The notes under the pieces were generated by a model, which was not told the origin of the DNA, did not search any database, and was given only the letters and a program-made list of their open reading frames with translations. The position numbers and the translations under genes are program-made. 64,000 nt of DNA from Candidatus Micrarchaeota archaeon (GTDB taxonomy: Archaea; Micrarchaeota; Micrarchaeia; Micrarchaeales; CABMGC01), in contig DAHVMJ010000003.1 in NCBI GenBank assembly GCA_027319905.1, forward strand, positions 1-64,000, written 5' to 3'. The number at the start of each line of letters is the position of its first letter. Within the stretch, counting starts at the first letter, position 1. This document shows positions 55,661 through 64,000 of the stretch, in pieces.

Positions 55661-56029
55661 CTACACCGGAAAAGTGAGCGATATCACTGCTATGCCCGCT
55701 ATTATGAACGCCATGCCCGCGACCCTGTGGAGGTTCACGCGCTCGTGGAACACAAACTTTGATATGAGCAAAACGAATACGAACGTGCTCGCAAACACCG
55801 GGTACACGAAAGAAATGAGGGGCGCGTTGTCCAGGGCGAAGAGGTAGATGAAAAGGCTGAGCACGTATAGCACGCCCCCGATGAGTATGTCCCTTTTCTT
55901 GAATACGTCTATGATCTCGCGCATGTTGAGCGCGAACGCCTGGATGCCGCGCTTGTACATGTACTGCGCCGCCGCTGCCACCAACGCAGAAACGAGGGTT
56001 ATGCCTATTATCTCCAGGGCGCCTAGCAT
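55661..56029 (-). CDS. Small 4-TM DMT/SMR-like (ArnE/F-like) protein
   Basis: AQYMYKRG, SFVYP, FHE; paired with neighbour. Confidence 0.75.
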   Translation of the reverse strand: MLGALEIIGITLVSALVAAAAQYMYKRGIQAFALNMREIIDVFKKRDILIGGVLYVLSLFIYLFALDNAPLISFVYPVFASTFVFVLLISKFVFHERVNLHRVAGMAFIIAGIAVISLTFPV

Positions 56030-56085
56030 CGGAATACAACTGGGATGCGCTACTAAGCCTTATAATTTTTCGCCTTTATAAGAGA

Positions 56086-56343
56086 ATGCGCCGTGAGCCG
56101 ATGCAACTGAACCTGGACTTTATCGAAAACGAACACGAAAAGCAGGCGTTCATGTTCTCTGTGGGAGTGATAGGCCTGAGCGTGATAGCGGTTCTCGCTT
56201 TCGTATTTTCCGGAGGCAGCATCTTCTTCTACATCTTTGCCATACTTGCGGTCGCGCTGGGCCTCTACATGTCCTATCACCTGTCCAAAACCCCTGAGTC
56301 GACCAACCAGAAGCCGGAGAAGAAGCGATCAGGCAGACGGTAG
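56086..56343 (+). CDS. Small 2-TM membrane protein
   Basis: Two hydrophobic helices, basic tail, directly upstream of topA; start may be ATG 56101. Confidence 0.6.
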   Translation: MRREPMQLNLDFIENEHEKQAFMFSVGVIGLSVIAVLAFVFSGGSIFFYIFAILAVALGLYMSYHLSKTPESTNQKPEKKRSGRR

Positions 56344-56352
56344 CTGATCCCG

Positions 56353-58536
56353 ATGCGCAATCTAATAGTTGCGGAAAAACCAAGCGTAGCTCTGCGAATA
56401 GCGCTCTCGCTTGGCAACGGAAGGCCGCTGAGAAAGAGCATAAACGGCATCGGGTACTTCGAGATGTTCAGGGACGGCAACACCCTGCTCGTGGTGGCCG
56501 CAGCGGGGCACCTGTTCACGCTAGCGCAGAAGGGCGAGACCAGAACGCTGCCGATCTTCGACCTCGAGTGGGTGCCGTCATTCAAGGTCAGCAAGGACGC
56601 GTATTTCACCAAGAAGTATCTCGACACGATAAAGGAGGTGAGCCGCGGCTGCGACGAGTTCACCAACGCCTGCGACTATGATGTGGAGGGCACCGTAATA
56701 GGCACCAACATAATCAAGTACGTCAAGACCAACGACGTGAACAAGGAACCGGACTGGGAGAACGTGAAGCGCATGCACTTCTCGACCACGACCAACCTGG
56801 ACCTGCTTGCCGCGTACGAGAAGCGCGAGGGGTTCGACAAGGGCAACTTCGAGGCCGGAGAAGCGAGGCACGTGCTCGACTGGATGTGGGGGATAAACTT
56901 CAGCAGGGCGCTGATGAATGCGATGTACTCCACGGGCAACAGGAAGACGATGAGCATAGGCAGGGTGCAGGGGCCCACTCTGGCGATACTCGCCGAAAGG
57001 GAGAAGGAGATCAAGGCATTCAAGCCCAGGGACTACTGGGAAGTGTTTGTGCACGCGAATGGCGTAGAGTTCAGGAACAGACGCGGCGCCATATACGAGG
57101 AGGCCGTGGCCGAGGGACTGGTGAGGGAAGCCAGCGGAGCAAAGGCAAATGTTGACCTGGCAGAAACGCGTGAGGCGAAGCTCTTCCCGTTTCCGCCTTT
57201 CGACCTCACTTCTTTGCAGCTTGAAGCCAGCAGGACCCTGGGTCTCGATCCCTCACGGACGCTCGCCCTGGCTCAGGCGCTCTACGAACGCTCGTACATC
57301 TCATACCCGAGAACAGCCTCGCAGAAGCTGCCGTACTCGCTCAACCTGCCACGCATAATAAACGCACTCGCTGGCAATCCGAAATACAAGGAGCTCGCCG
57401 ATGCGCTAATCAAGGCATCTAGATTCAGGCCGATCGAGGGCAGGAAGGAAGACGAGGCGCACCCAGCCATATACCCCACCGGCGAGACGCCGAGCAGGCT
57501 CACCGTTGAGGAGGAAAAGCTCTACGATCTGATAGCGAGGCGTTTCCTCTCAGTGTTCGCGGAACCAGCGACCATCGAGCATACGGATGTACAGCTCTCG
57601 GTGGGCCAGGAGAAGTACGAGGCAAAGGGAAGCAGGACCGTGGCCCAGGGCTGGCTTAGCTACTACCCCTACTACAAGCCGCAGGAAGCACACATGCCGG
57701 CCTTCAAAGCTGGGGCATCGCACGGCGTTGAAAAGGCGCAGAGCAGGAAGTTGGTTACGAAGCCGCCTGACAGGTACACCAAAGCCAGCCTCATAGCGCT
57801 TCTCGAGTCCAAAGAACTTGGGACCAAGGCCACGCGAGCCGCGATAGTTGACACGCTCTTCAACCGCGGCTACATAGGCAACAAGCGAATAGAGGTGACG
57901 GCATACGGGATGAGCGTCTACGAAGCGCTGAGGCAACACGTTTCCCCAATACTCGACGAGGCGCTTACGAGAAAGCTTGAGGAGGACATGGATGGCATAA
58001 CCCGTGGCAAGACCACAGAGCAGGCTGTGATAAGCGAGGGCAAGGAGATGGTAGTCCAGACGATACAGCTCTTCAAGAAGAACGAGAAAGCAATAGGCAC
58101 AGGGCTGGGCGAGGGCCTGGAGAAAACCAACCAGTCAAACGTGCTTGGCAAGTGCCTCAAGGACGGCGGCAACCTCGTCGTCAGATACTCGCGCGCTGGC
58201 AAGCAGTTCGTCGGGTGCGCGAACTGGCCAAAGTGCAATCAGACGTATCCTCTGCCGCAGTACGCCAAGATAGTCCCCACTGGCAAGGTTTGCCCGCTGT
58301 GTCACACTCCGATAGTCAAGGTTTTCAGGAAGGGCAAAGTCTTCGAGATGGACCTCGATCCCAACTGCGAGACAAAGAAGGACTGGGGTAAAAAGACTGA
58401 GACTGCGGTGAAGGCTGCTGATGAAACCGCGGCGAAAGAGCCAAAGATTCAGAAAGCAGCCGAGCTTAAAAAGACCAAGCCCGCAAAGAAGATAGCAAAG
58501 AAACCCAGAGCGGTGAAGGCTAAGAAGGTGGATTGA
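56353..58536 (+). CDS. topA: DNA topoisomerase IA
   Basis: AEKPS, DYDVEG, GRVQGPTL, ISYPRT, GTKATR, C-terminal zinc ribbons. Confidence 0.95.
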   Translation: MRNLIVAEKPSVALRIALSLGNGRPLRKSINGIGYFEMFRDGNTLLVVAAAGHLFTLAQKGETRTLPIFDLEWVPSFKVSKDAYFTKKYLDTIKEVSRGCDEFTNACDYDVEGTVIGTNIIKYVKTNDVNKEPDWENVKRMHFSTTTNLDLLAAYEKREGFDKGNFEAGEARHVLDWMWGINFSRALMNAMYSTGNRKTMSIGRVQGPTLAILAEREKEIKAFKPRDYWEVFVHANGVEFRNRRGAIYEEAVAEGLVREASGAKANVDLAETREAKLFPFPPFDLTSLQLEASRTLGLDPSRTLALAQALYERSYISYPRTASQKLPYSLNLPRIINALAGNPKYKELADALIKASRFRPIEGRKEDEAHPAIYPTGETPSRLTVEEEKLYDLIARRFLSVFAEPATIEHTDVQLSVGQEKYEAKGSRTVAQGWLSYYPYYKPQEAHMPAFKAGASHGVEKAQSRKLVTKPPDRYTKASLIALLESKELGTKATRAAIVDTLFNRGYIGNKRIEVTAYGMSVYEALRQHVSPILDEALTRKLEEDMDGITRGKTTEQAVISEGKEMVVQTIQLFKKNEKAIGTGLGEGLEKTNQSNVLGKCLKDGGNLVVRYSRAGKQFVGCANWPKCNQTYPLPQYAKIVPTGKVCPLCHTPIVKVFRKGKVFEMDLDPNCETKKDWGKKTETAVKAADETAAKEPKIQKAAELKKTKPAKKIAKKPRAVKAKKVD

Positions 58537-59108
58537 TGTTCATCTATCCAAGGATATACAAGAAAATGAAGCGCGGGCCGCAGGTTATCCTGCCGAAGGA
58601 CATAGGCATGATAATCGCCTACTCAGGAGTCGGCAAAGATAGCGTTTGCGTAGACGCAGGAACGGGCAGCGGCTGGCTTACGGTGAGCCTGGCTCGAATC
58701 AGCAAGCACGTTTACGGCTACGACGTGCGCGACGATTTCCTGAAAATCACGAAACACAACGTTGACCTTGTGGGAGTGGACAACGTGACCTTGAAGAATC
58801 AGGACATCTTCAAGAGGATAGATGAGAAGAACGTTGACCTTGTCACGCTCGACCTGCCAAATGCGGAGAAAGCAGTAAAGAATGCGAAGAAGGCACTGAA
58901 GCCAGGGGGTTGCATCGTGGGCTACATGCCGCACGTAGAGCAGGTCAAGAAATACGTTGAGAGCCTGGAGAAACTGGGGTTTGTTGACATCTACACCATA
59001 GAGAGTATAGTTAGAGACATGCTTGTCAGAAAGGAGGGATCAAGACCTTCGACAAAGGGAGTCTGGCACACAGGCTACCTGACCTTTGCCAGAAGCCCCA
59101 TACTCTGA
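58533..59108 (+). CDS. trmI: tRNA (adenine-57/58-N1)-methyltransferase TrmI-like
   Basis: 'RGPQVILPKD', DAGTGSG, LDLP, 'HTGYL'. Confidence 0.85.
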   Translation: MMFIYPRIYKKMKRGPQVILPKDIGMIIAYSGVGKDSVCVDAGTGSGWLTVSLARISKHVYGYDVRDDFLKITKHNVDLVGVDNVTLKNQDIFKRIDEKNVDLVTLDLPNAEKAVKNAKKALKPGGCIVGYMPHVEQVKKYVESLEKLGFVDIYTIESIVRDMLVRKEGSRPSTKGVWHTGYLTFARSPIL

Positions 59109-59118
59109 TCTTGCCTGT

Positions 59119-59721
59119 CTAGACTGTAATAATTTGCGGGTCGATGGTGGGGTATGACAACTCACGCACAACTCCAACTATGGGAAACTTATCTTGGAGC
59201 TCTTTGTATACCTGAACCACACAACCAGGCTGGAATCCTGATTGCCCCTTGTGAAAAATTTCTTTGGTGAATTCTTCTTCATCCAAACCAGCTCTTTTCG
59301 CGACTCTTGCATCTAATATCTGAGTCTTCTTCAGGACTTCAACAAGACGCCTCCTTTTCTCTTCCGGCAATTTTTTAGTGTAGTTCTTGATATTTTGTGT
59401 TATGTCTGCCACGCCGTACCACCACAAAAACTCTCCGCATACGCCTACAGCTTCGACTTTATCTTTTCTTAAAACAGATACAAGTTCATCTACGTCACAC
59501 GCCCCCAATCTGTCACTTAATATGTGCGTGGCACCTCGCAAACCGGGAGGTGTTGCGTCTTTCCTGTATAGAAGCACTGCAGACGGTTGCGACCTCACCG
59601 CTCTGCTCAAGCTTGACGTGTACTCCTGGTAGTCCCCATAAGAACTGATGGCGTTGTGACCGACAGCGTGACCTGCCGCATAATAACCAGGATGAACCAC
59701 TATCAATGAAGATTTTGGCAT
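59119..59721 (-). CDS. Hypothetical protein, AT-rich
   Basis: 200-aa ORF filling the gap; faint cysteine-hydrolase-like pattern (LIVVH…VGVCGE…GCV). Confidence 0.55.
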   Translation of the reverse strand: MPKSSLIVVHPGYYAAGHAVGHNAISSYGDYQEYTSSLSRAVRSQPSAVLLYRKDATPPGLRGATHILSDRLGACDVDELVSVLRKDKVEAVGVCGEFLWWYGVADITQNIKNYTKKLPEEKRRRLVEVLKKTQILDARVAKRAGLDEEEFTKEIFHKGQSGFQPGCVVQVYKELQDKFPIVGVVRELSYPTIDPQIITV

Positions 59722-59777
59722 ACCTTTATACTCTTTTTAAGCTTATTTATTGATTTCTCTAATTTTAGAAAAAGAGT

Positions 59778-60743
59778 CTACTTCTTCTCGAGAAGTGCGA
59801 GGTTAGCGAGCATCGCCTCGAGCTGTATGCGCTCGTTCGCTCCCTCCACTATTCGGAAGTTGTACTCGCCTATCGCCTTGAGCAGGCTGAGCTTCATGTG
59901 CTCCCCTACTGGAAGGTTGAGCGCCTCCCTGTAGCACTGCAGGAGAACGTCCTCACCGCTCATGCCGTAGTTGAGCAGCAGTGTGTTGAGTTCGTTCCGC
60001 GCCTTCTGGAAGTCGCCGTCCATCGCGTACTTGAGCATCGAGTTCACTTCCTTTGGCCTGGCCCTCGAGGCGATATCGTATACTTCGCGTTCTCCAACCT
60101 TCGAGTTGAGAACTGCGGCGCTCTGCAGCACATTCGTAAGCTTTCTCAGGTCACCCTCGCTCACATAGACAAGCGCCTCAACTGCCTTCTCTTCTATCTG
60201 CAGTCCCTCCCCCTTCTCTATCCTGTGTATGTACTTCTTCACCTCCTCCTCGTTCAGCGGCTTGAATCTCAGCACCACGCATCTGCTCTGTATCGGCTCT
60301 ATTATTTTGCTCGCATAGTTTGCGCTGAACACGAATCGCGTTGTTGCTGAGTATCGCTCCATCGTCCTCCTGAGCGCGTGCTGCGCCTCAGGAGTTAGCG
60401 CGTCGGCTTCGTCGAGGAAGATGATCTTCACCAGCCCGCTCGTGAGCGGCAGCGTCCTTGCAAACTCCTTTACGCTTCCCCTTATGACGTCTATGCCCCT
60501 GCTGTCGCTGGCGTTCAGTTCCTTGAACGCCTCACCCAGCTCATTGCCGTACAGCTCCTTCGCCATTGCGAGCGCGGACGTCGTCTTTCCCACGCCAGCC
60601 GGTCCGGCGAATATCATGTTCGGGAAGCTTTTGGATTTGACAAAAGCCTCGAGCCTGTGCGCTATCGCCTCCTGCCCTATTATCTCAGAAATCTTCGAAG
60701 GCCTGTACTTTTCAGTCCAGGCGATATCCTCTATACTGACCAT
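59778..60743 (-). CDS. rfcS: Replication factor C small subunit
   Basis: WTEKYRP, GPAGVGKT, ELNASD, DEAD, IQSRC. Confidence 0.95.
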   Translation of the reverse strand: MVSIEDIAWTEKYRPSKISEIIGQEAIAHRLEAFVKSKSFPNMIFAGPAGVGKTTSALAMAKELYGNELGEAFKELNASDSRGIDVIRGSVKEFARTLPLTSGLVKIIFLDEADALTPEAQHALRRTMERYSATTRFVFSANYASKIIEPIQSRCVVLRFKPLNEEEVKKYIHRIEKGEGLQIEEKAVEALVYVSEGDLRKLTNVLQSAAVLNSKVGEREVYDIASRARPKEVNSMLKYAMDGDFQKARNELNTLLLNYGMSGEDVLLQCYREALNLPVGEHMKLSLLKAIGEYNFRIVEGANERIQLEAMLANLALLEKK

Positions 60744-60793
60744 AGACAAAAACCCACGGGGGTTAAGCCACAACTATTTGGTTGTAAAGTTTA

Positions 60794-61063
60794 TTAAACA
60801 TAGGTAACGAGTTTTCTCTTGAAGAAGAGAATACCGAGGCCGAGGAGGCCCGCCAGAGACCCAACCGCGATGAAGAGCGGGCCGTTGGACCTGCACGGAC
60901 ATGTGCTTGCAACCTGCTGCGGAGTCGCATTGACAGGAATTTCGGGGCAGCTGCATGCAGTGTTTGTGACGAGGTAAAGCCCGACCGCCGCGGACAGCAC
61001 TCCCGCGAGAATCCATGCGGCTCCAACCAATTGTATGCGTCTTTCAGCATCGCTTCGTTTCAA
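60794..61063 (-). CDS. Small 2-TM protein with CxC…CxC loop
   Basis: TM-CSCP…CPC-TM, co-oriented between ftsY and rfcS. Confidence 0.55.
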   Translation of the reverse strand: MKRSDAERRIQLVGAAWILAGVLSAAVGLYLVTNTACSCPEIPVNATPQQVASTCPCRSNGPLFIAVGSLAGLLGLGILFFKRKLVTYV

Positions 61064-61067
61064 TCAC

Positions 61068-62135
61068 TCATCCGGGCACAATGTTGTCCACAACGAACTT
61101 CGGGTCATATAGGACAAGGTCGGTATACTTCTCTCCCATGCCGAAGTAAAGTATCGGCACCGTGGTGTCGCTCAGTATGGAGAGCGTGTTGCCTCCTTTC
61201 GCATCAACATCCAGCTTTGTTAGTATCACTCCATCGAGCTTCGCTGCCTGGTCGAACTGCTTTACCTGCTCGAGAAGCGAGTTGCCCGCTATGCCCTCGC
61301 CCACGAAGACGCAGAGGTCGGGCTTGTTCACCCTCACCATCTTCTTCAGCTCCTCTATCAGGCTCTTGTTTGTCTCCTGTCTGCCCGCGCTGTCGATCAG
61401 CACCACGTCCAGATCGTGCGCTTTGGCGTACGCCACAGCATCGAAGGCTATGCTCGCCGGATCTGCCCCGTAAGTACCCTTTATCACGTCCACCCCAAGC
61501 CTTTTTGCGTGTATGGCCGACTGCTCTATCGCTGCCGCCCTGAAGGTGTCGCTCGCCGAGATTACGCAACTCATGCCGCTGCCCTTGAACATGTGCGCCA
61601 TCTTCGCTATCGTGGTTGTCTTGCCGGCTCCGTTCGGCCCGAGGAAGAGTATCTTGAAGGGCCCCTCGCCTTTTTGTTTTTTCTCCCTCGCGCGCTGCAT
61701 CACATCAATCCCGCTGTTCTTTGTGAGCGTCTGCATCAACGAGTTCCTTATCTCGTCCCTTATCTCCTTCTTCATGTCTCTCGAACTCACCTCCTTGTTC
61801 ACAAGGTTGTCATGAAGCCTGGCGACGAGCCGCTCGGCAACGTCATAGTTGACATCGGTCTGCAGCAGAGCCACGCGGAGCTGCTCCAGGAACGGATCCG
61901 CATCCTTCTCTCCCACGCTCACCCTCCCAAGCACCGCGCCCTTTATCTTTGTGGCGAGCGTGACGTCTGGTGATTTTTCCCCTTCTCCCTTCTTAGCGGC
62001 GTGTTGCTCGTGCGGTACAGTGCGTTGCCCCTCTGCCCTTTCCTCAGTTTTCGCTTCTTCTTTCTTTTCCTTGCCGCTGAGGCCTTCTACAAAATCAGAG
62101 AACTTCTTCTTAAGCCCTTCAAACATTCGAATCAA
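61068..62135 (-). CDS. ftsY: SRP receptor FtsY
   Basis: GPNGAGKTTT, DTFRAAA, DSAGR, TKLD, AKGG. Confidence 0.95.
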   Translation of the reverse strand: MIRMFEGLKKKFSDFVEGLSGKEKKEEAKTEERAEGQRTVPHEQHAAKKGEGEKSPDVTLATKIKGAVLGRVSVGEKDADPFLEQLRVALLQTDVNYDVAERLVARLHDNLVNKEVSSRDMKKEIRDEIRNSLMQTLTKNSGIDVMQRAREKKQKGEGPFKILFLGPNGAGKTTTIAKMAHMFKGSGMSCVISASDTFRAAAIEQSAIHAKRLGVDVIKGTYGADPASIAFDAVAYAKAHDLDVVLIDSAGRQETNKSLIEELKKMVRVNKPDLCVFVGEGIAGNSLLEQVKQFDQAAKLDGVILTKLDVDAKGGNTLSILSDTTVPILYFGMGEKYTDLVLYDPKFVVDNIVPG

Positions 62136-62238
62136 TCAGTATTTCGTGCTGAATTTAATATTCCTTGCTTGTTGCGCCCTGGACGTTTCATACGATAGGT
62201 TATTATGTATTTCATCTGTCTGATGGTAAGCTGATTGC

Positions 62239-62595
62239 TTGGCTGGAAATCAACACGGTCTTGAGGTACGCAGGGTCTTCCTGTTTCTCTCATTATTCTT
62301 CGTCTTGGCAATGCTCTTGGATGCATTCACAGAACTGGATCTTCCTACGCACGCTGTCGATGAGATAGGCATTGCTGTCCTGTCTTTGATAGCATTGATT
62401 TACCTGGCCGTTTCTTGGAGGAAGACAGGGGTCGAAGCGATTACAACGCAGAACAACGTTCTCTTCGCGTTCTTCGTGCTAATGCTGCTGTTCCAGATTT
62501 ATGGGATAGTTGTAGAAGCAGGTACGAACGATTTCGGAAACGAGATACCCGTACTTATTGGGATAGTATTGGCGCTTGTGAACAGGTTCACATAG
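62239..62595 (+). CDS. Hypothetical 4-TM membrane protein
   Basis: Four hydrophobic segments; start uncertain. Confidence 0.6.
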   Translation: MAGNQHGLEVRRVFLFLSLFFVLAMLLDAFTELDLPTHAVDEIGIAVLSLIALIYLAVSWRKTGVEAITTQNNVLFAFFVLMLLFQIYGIVVEAGTNDFGNEIPVLIGIVLALVNRFT

Positions 62596-62663
62596 GCGTT
62601 GGTAGGTTGAGCGAGGCCGTCTTTACTTAATGTTTGCTGAGTCGCGCGGGCAGAAATGAGTTG

Positions 62664-63392
62664 CTAGCTTCTTATTGCGCCAACCCACGGACCGTGAATG
62701 AAAGAAGTATGCTGATCACGGTCTTCCAGCTCGTCATTCTTCTCATGTCTGCCTGCCGTGCCGTCTCTCATGAAAAGCCTGACCACATCTCTCTTCATCT
62801 GCGTTCCAAGCGATCTGTCGATCAAGCCTCTCAGTCTGCCTCTGTCCTCCAGGACCTCCCAGTTGATCCCGAACGCCCAGGCCATCTCGTGGCTGACCGT
62901 ATGCATGACCGCAAGCGTCGTAGCCTCAGCGCCTATTATCCACCTGTTCGGGTCCGGTTCTTTGAAGAGCGGGGTGCAGAACTTGACAAACGCAATCCCT
63001 TCTCCGCTCTGGGGGAACCTGCTCAGTTCTATCATTGGATAGTTGAATCTATATTGGTCGTCAACCGGTTTGTTGCCGCCAAGCAGCGCACCGTTTACTC
63101 CGTTCTTTAGGGCCTCGTCCACGTTTTTATTAGACAGCATCCCAGCCATCGATCTTATGTATCTGTCCTCGTGTTTCTGCTGCGCAAGCTTGGGTATCTG
63201 TATCGGTAAAAAGAAAGCGAAACGGAAGTACCTCGCATCCTTGTATACCATCTCTTCTTTCTGCTCGAAGCTGGGAAACGACGGGCCCGCCTTTTCGGTC
63301 TCTCCCCATTCCTTTGGTTTCAATCCGCGCGTGGCAGAAACAAGGGCGCACCTGGCGCTGGACTCATCAGGTAAAATAACTATTCTGGACAT
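62664..63392 (-). CDS. Hypothetical protein (paralog of next ORF)
   Basis: Shared blocks with 63455->64000. Confidence 0.6.
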   Translation of the reverse strand: MSRIVILPDESSARCALVSATRGLKPKEWGETEKAGPSFPSFEQKEEMVYKDARYFRFAFFLPIQIPKLAQQKHEDRYIRSMAGMLSNKNVDEALKNGVNGALLGGNKPVDDQYRFNYPMIELSRFPQSGEGIAFVKFCTPLFKEPDPNRWIIGAEATTLAVMHTVSHEMAWAFGINWEVLEDRGRLRGLIDRSLGTQMKRDVVRLFMRDGTAGRHEKNDELEDRDQHTSFIHGPWVGAIRS

Positions 63393-63454
63393 CTCCCCGA
63401 TCGGAGAGCTATTGATCTACCTGTTTATATTGTTTGGCTTCACCCTAACGGTTC

Positions 63455-64000
63455 CTATACCGGGCTTCCCGGAGTGCCGGACGGCCCGACCGTGGCAGGC
63501 AGTTTACCAGAAAGCCAGAACGTCAAATACGGCCTGTCCTCCCGCTCCTTGCCCGGCGCGATGAAAAGATTTACGGGATACGGCATCGAAGCATCGTTCC
63601 ATTTATCCCACACCTTGTTTAGTTTTTCAGGATCGGCCACGGCTTCGGCGTCTATGTCGACCTTGCCCAAACCGGCGACCATCATGTTTCGCGTAACGTC
63701 AAGCAGCGTTTTGTGTATTCTTTCTTTCCATCGCTCAGGATCAGAAGGTCTGAGGTACGGACTGGTCACCAGAAGGAACGCGTTGATTCCGCCTCCGGCA
63801 TGATTAACCACCACGAACGCATCTGGATACACGAAACCGAACTGGTCGTCAGTGGCCTCTTTGTTTTCGCTATCAAACATGTTTCTTCCGACCACGCCCT
63901 TGAGCTTGTCATCGCCTACCTTCTGAGCCAGGTAGTCCCTCGCCGCATACGCTAATGCGTGCCCCCTATTGTGCGACAGCCCCTCCGGGAGCTTCAGCGG
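63455..64000 (-). CDS. Hypothetical protein, 5'-partial (runs off window)
   Basis: Frame open to base 64000 (PLKLPEGL…); paralog of the preceding ORF. Confidence 0.6.
   Translation of the reverse strand, partial: PLKLPEGLSHNRGHALAYAARDYLAQKVGDDKLKGVVGRNMFDSENKEATDDQFGFVYPDAFVVVNHAGGGINAFLLVTSPYLRPSDPERWKERIHKTLLDVTRNMMVAGLGKVDIDAEAVADPEKLNKVWDKWNDASMPYPVNLFIAPGKEREDRPYLTFWLSGKLPATVGPSGTPGSPV

Overview
Archaeal chromosomal window; GatD/GatE, aIF5A, aIF5B, eS24/eS31, Hel308, RFC-S, Top6A, LonB, TrmI and archaeal-type synthetases establish the domain. A small-genome DPANN lineage such as Micrarchaeota is inferred from the dense, unclustered gene layout and the class III signal-peptide/LamG surface proteins. 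Most of it is housekeeping: tandem ftsZ, DNA ligase, a suf operon with its own regulator, valS, ileS, tyrS, gatDE, topA, ftsY and tRNA-Thr(CGU). Four things stand out. (1) A coupled operon at 20.8-26.4 kb holds five paralogous PRTase-like proteins interleaved with LOG/SLOG domains, including a PRTase-LOG fusion, and shows scars of array remodelling. (2) An (AG)11 tract at 49253-49274 puts the only upstream ATGs out of frame with a pilus-associated LamG adhesin; one extra repeat restores the frame, making it a candidate phase-variation switch. (3) Two adhesin paralogs have near-constant ends and a divergent middle. (4) Two back-to-back tRNA-like elements of 209 and 234 nt (27863-28310) have covarying acceptor stems but long non-tRNA interiors. 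No CRISPR array, integrase, transposase or reverse transcriptase was recognised. All calls come from motif recognition by eye; no searches were run.
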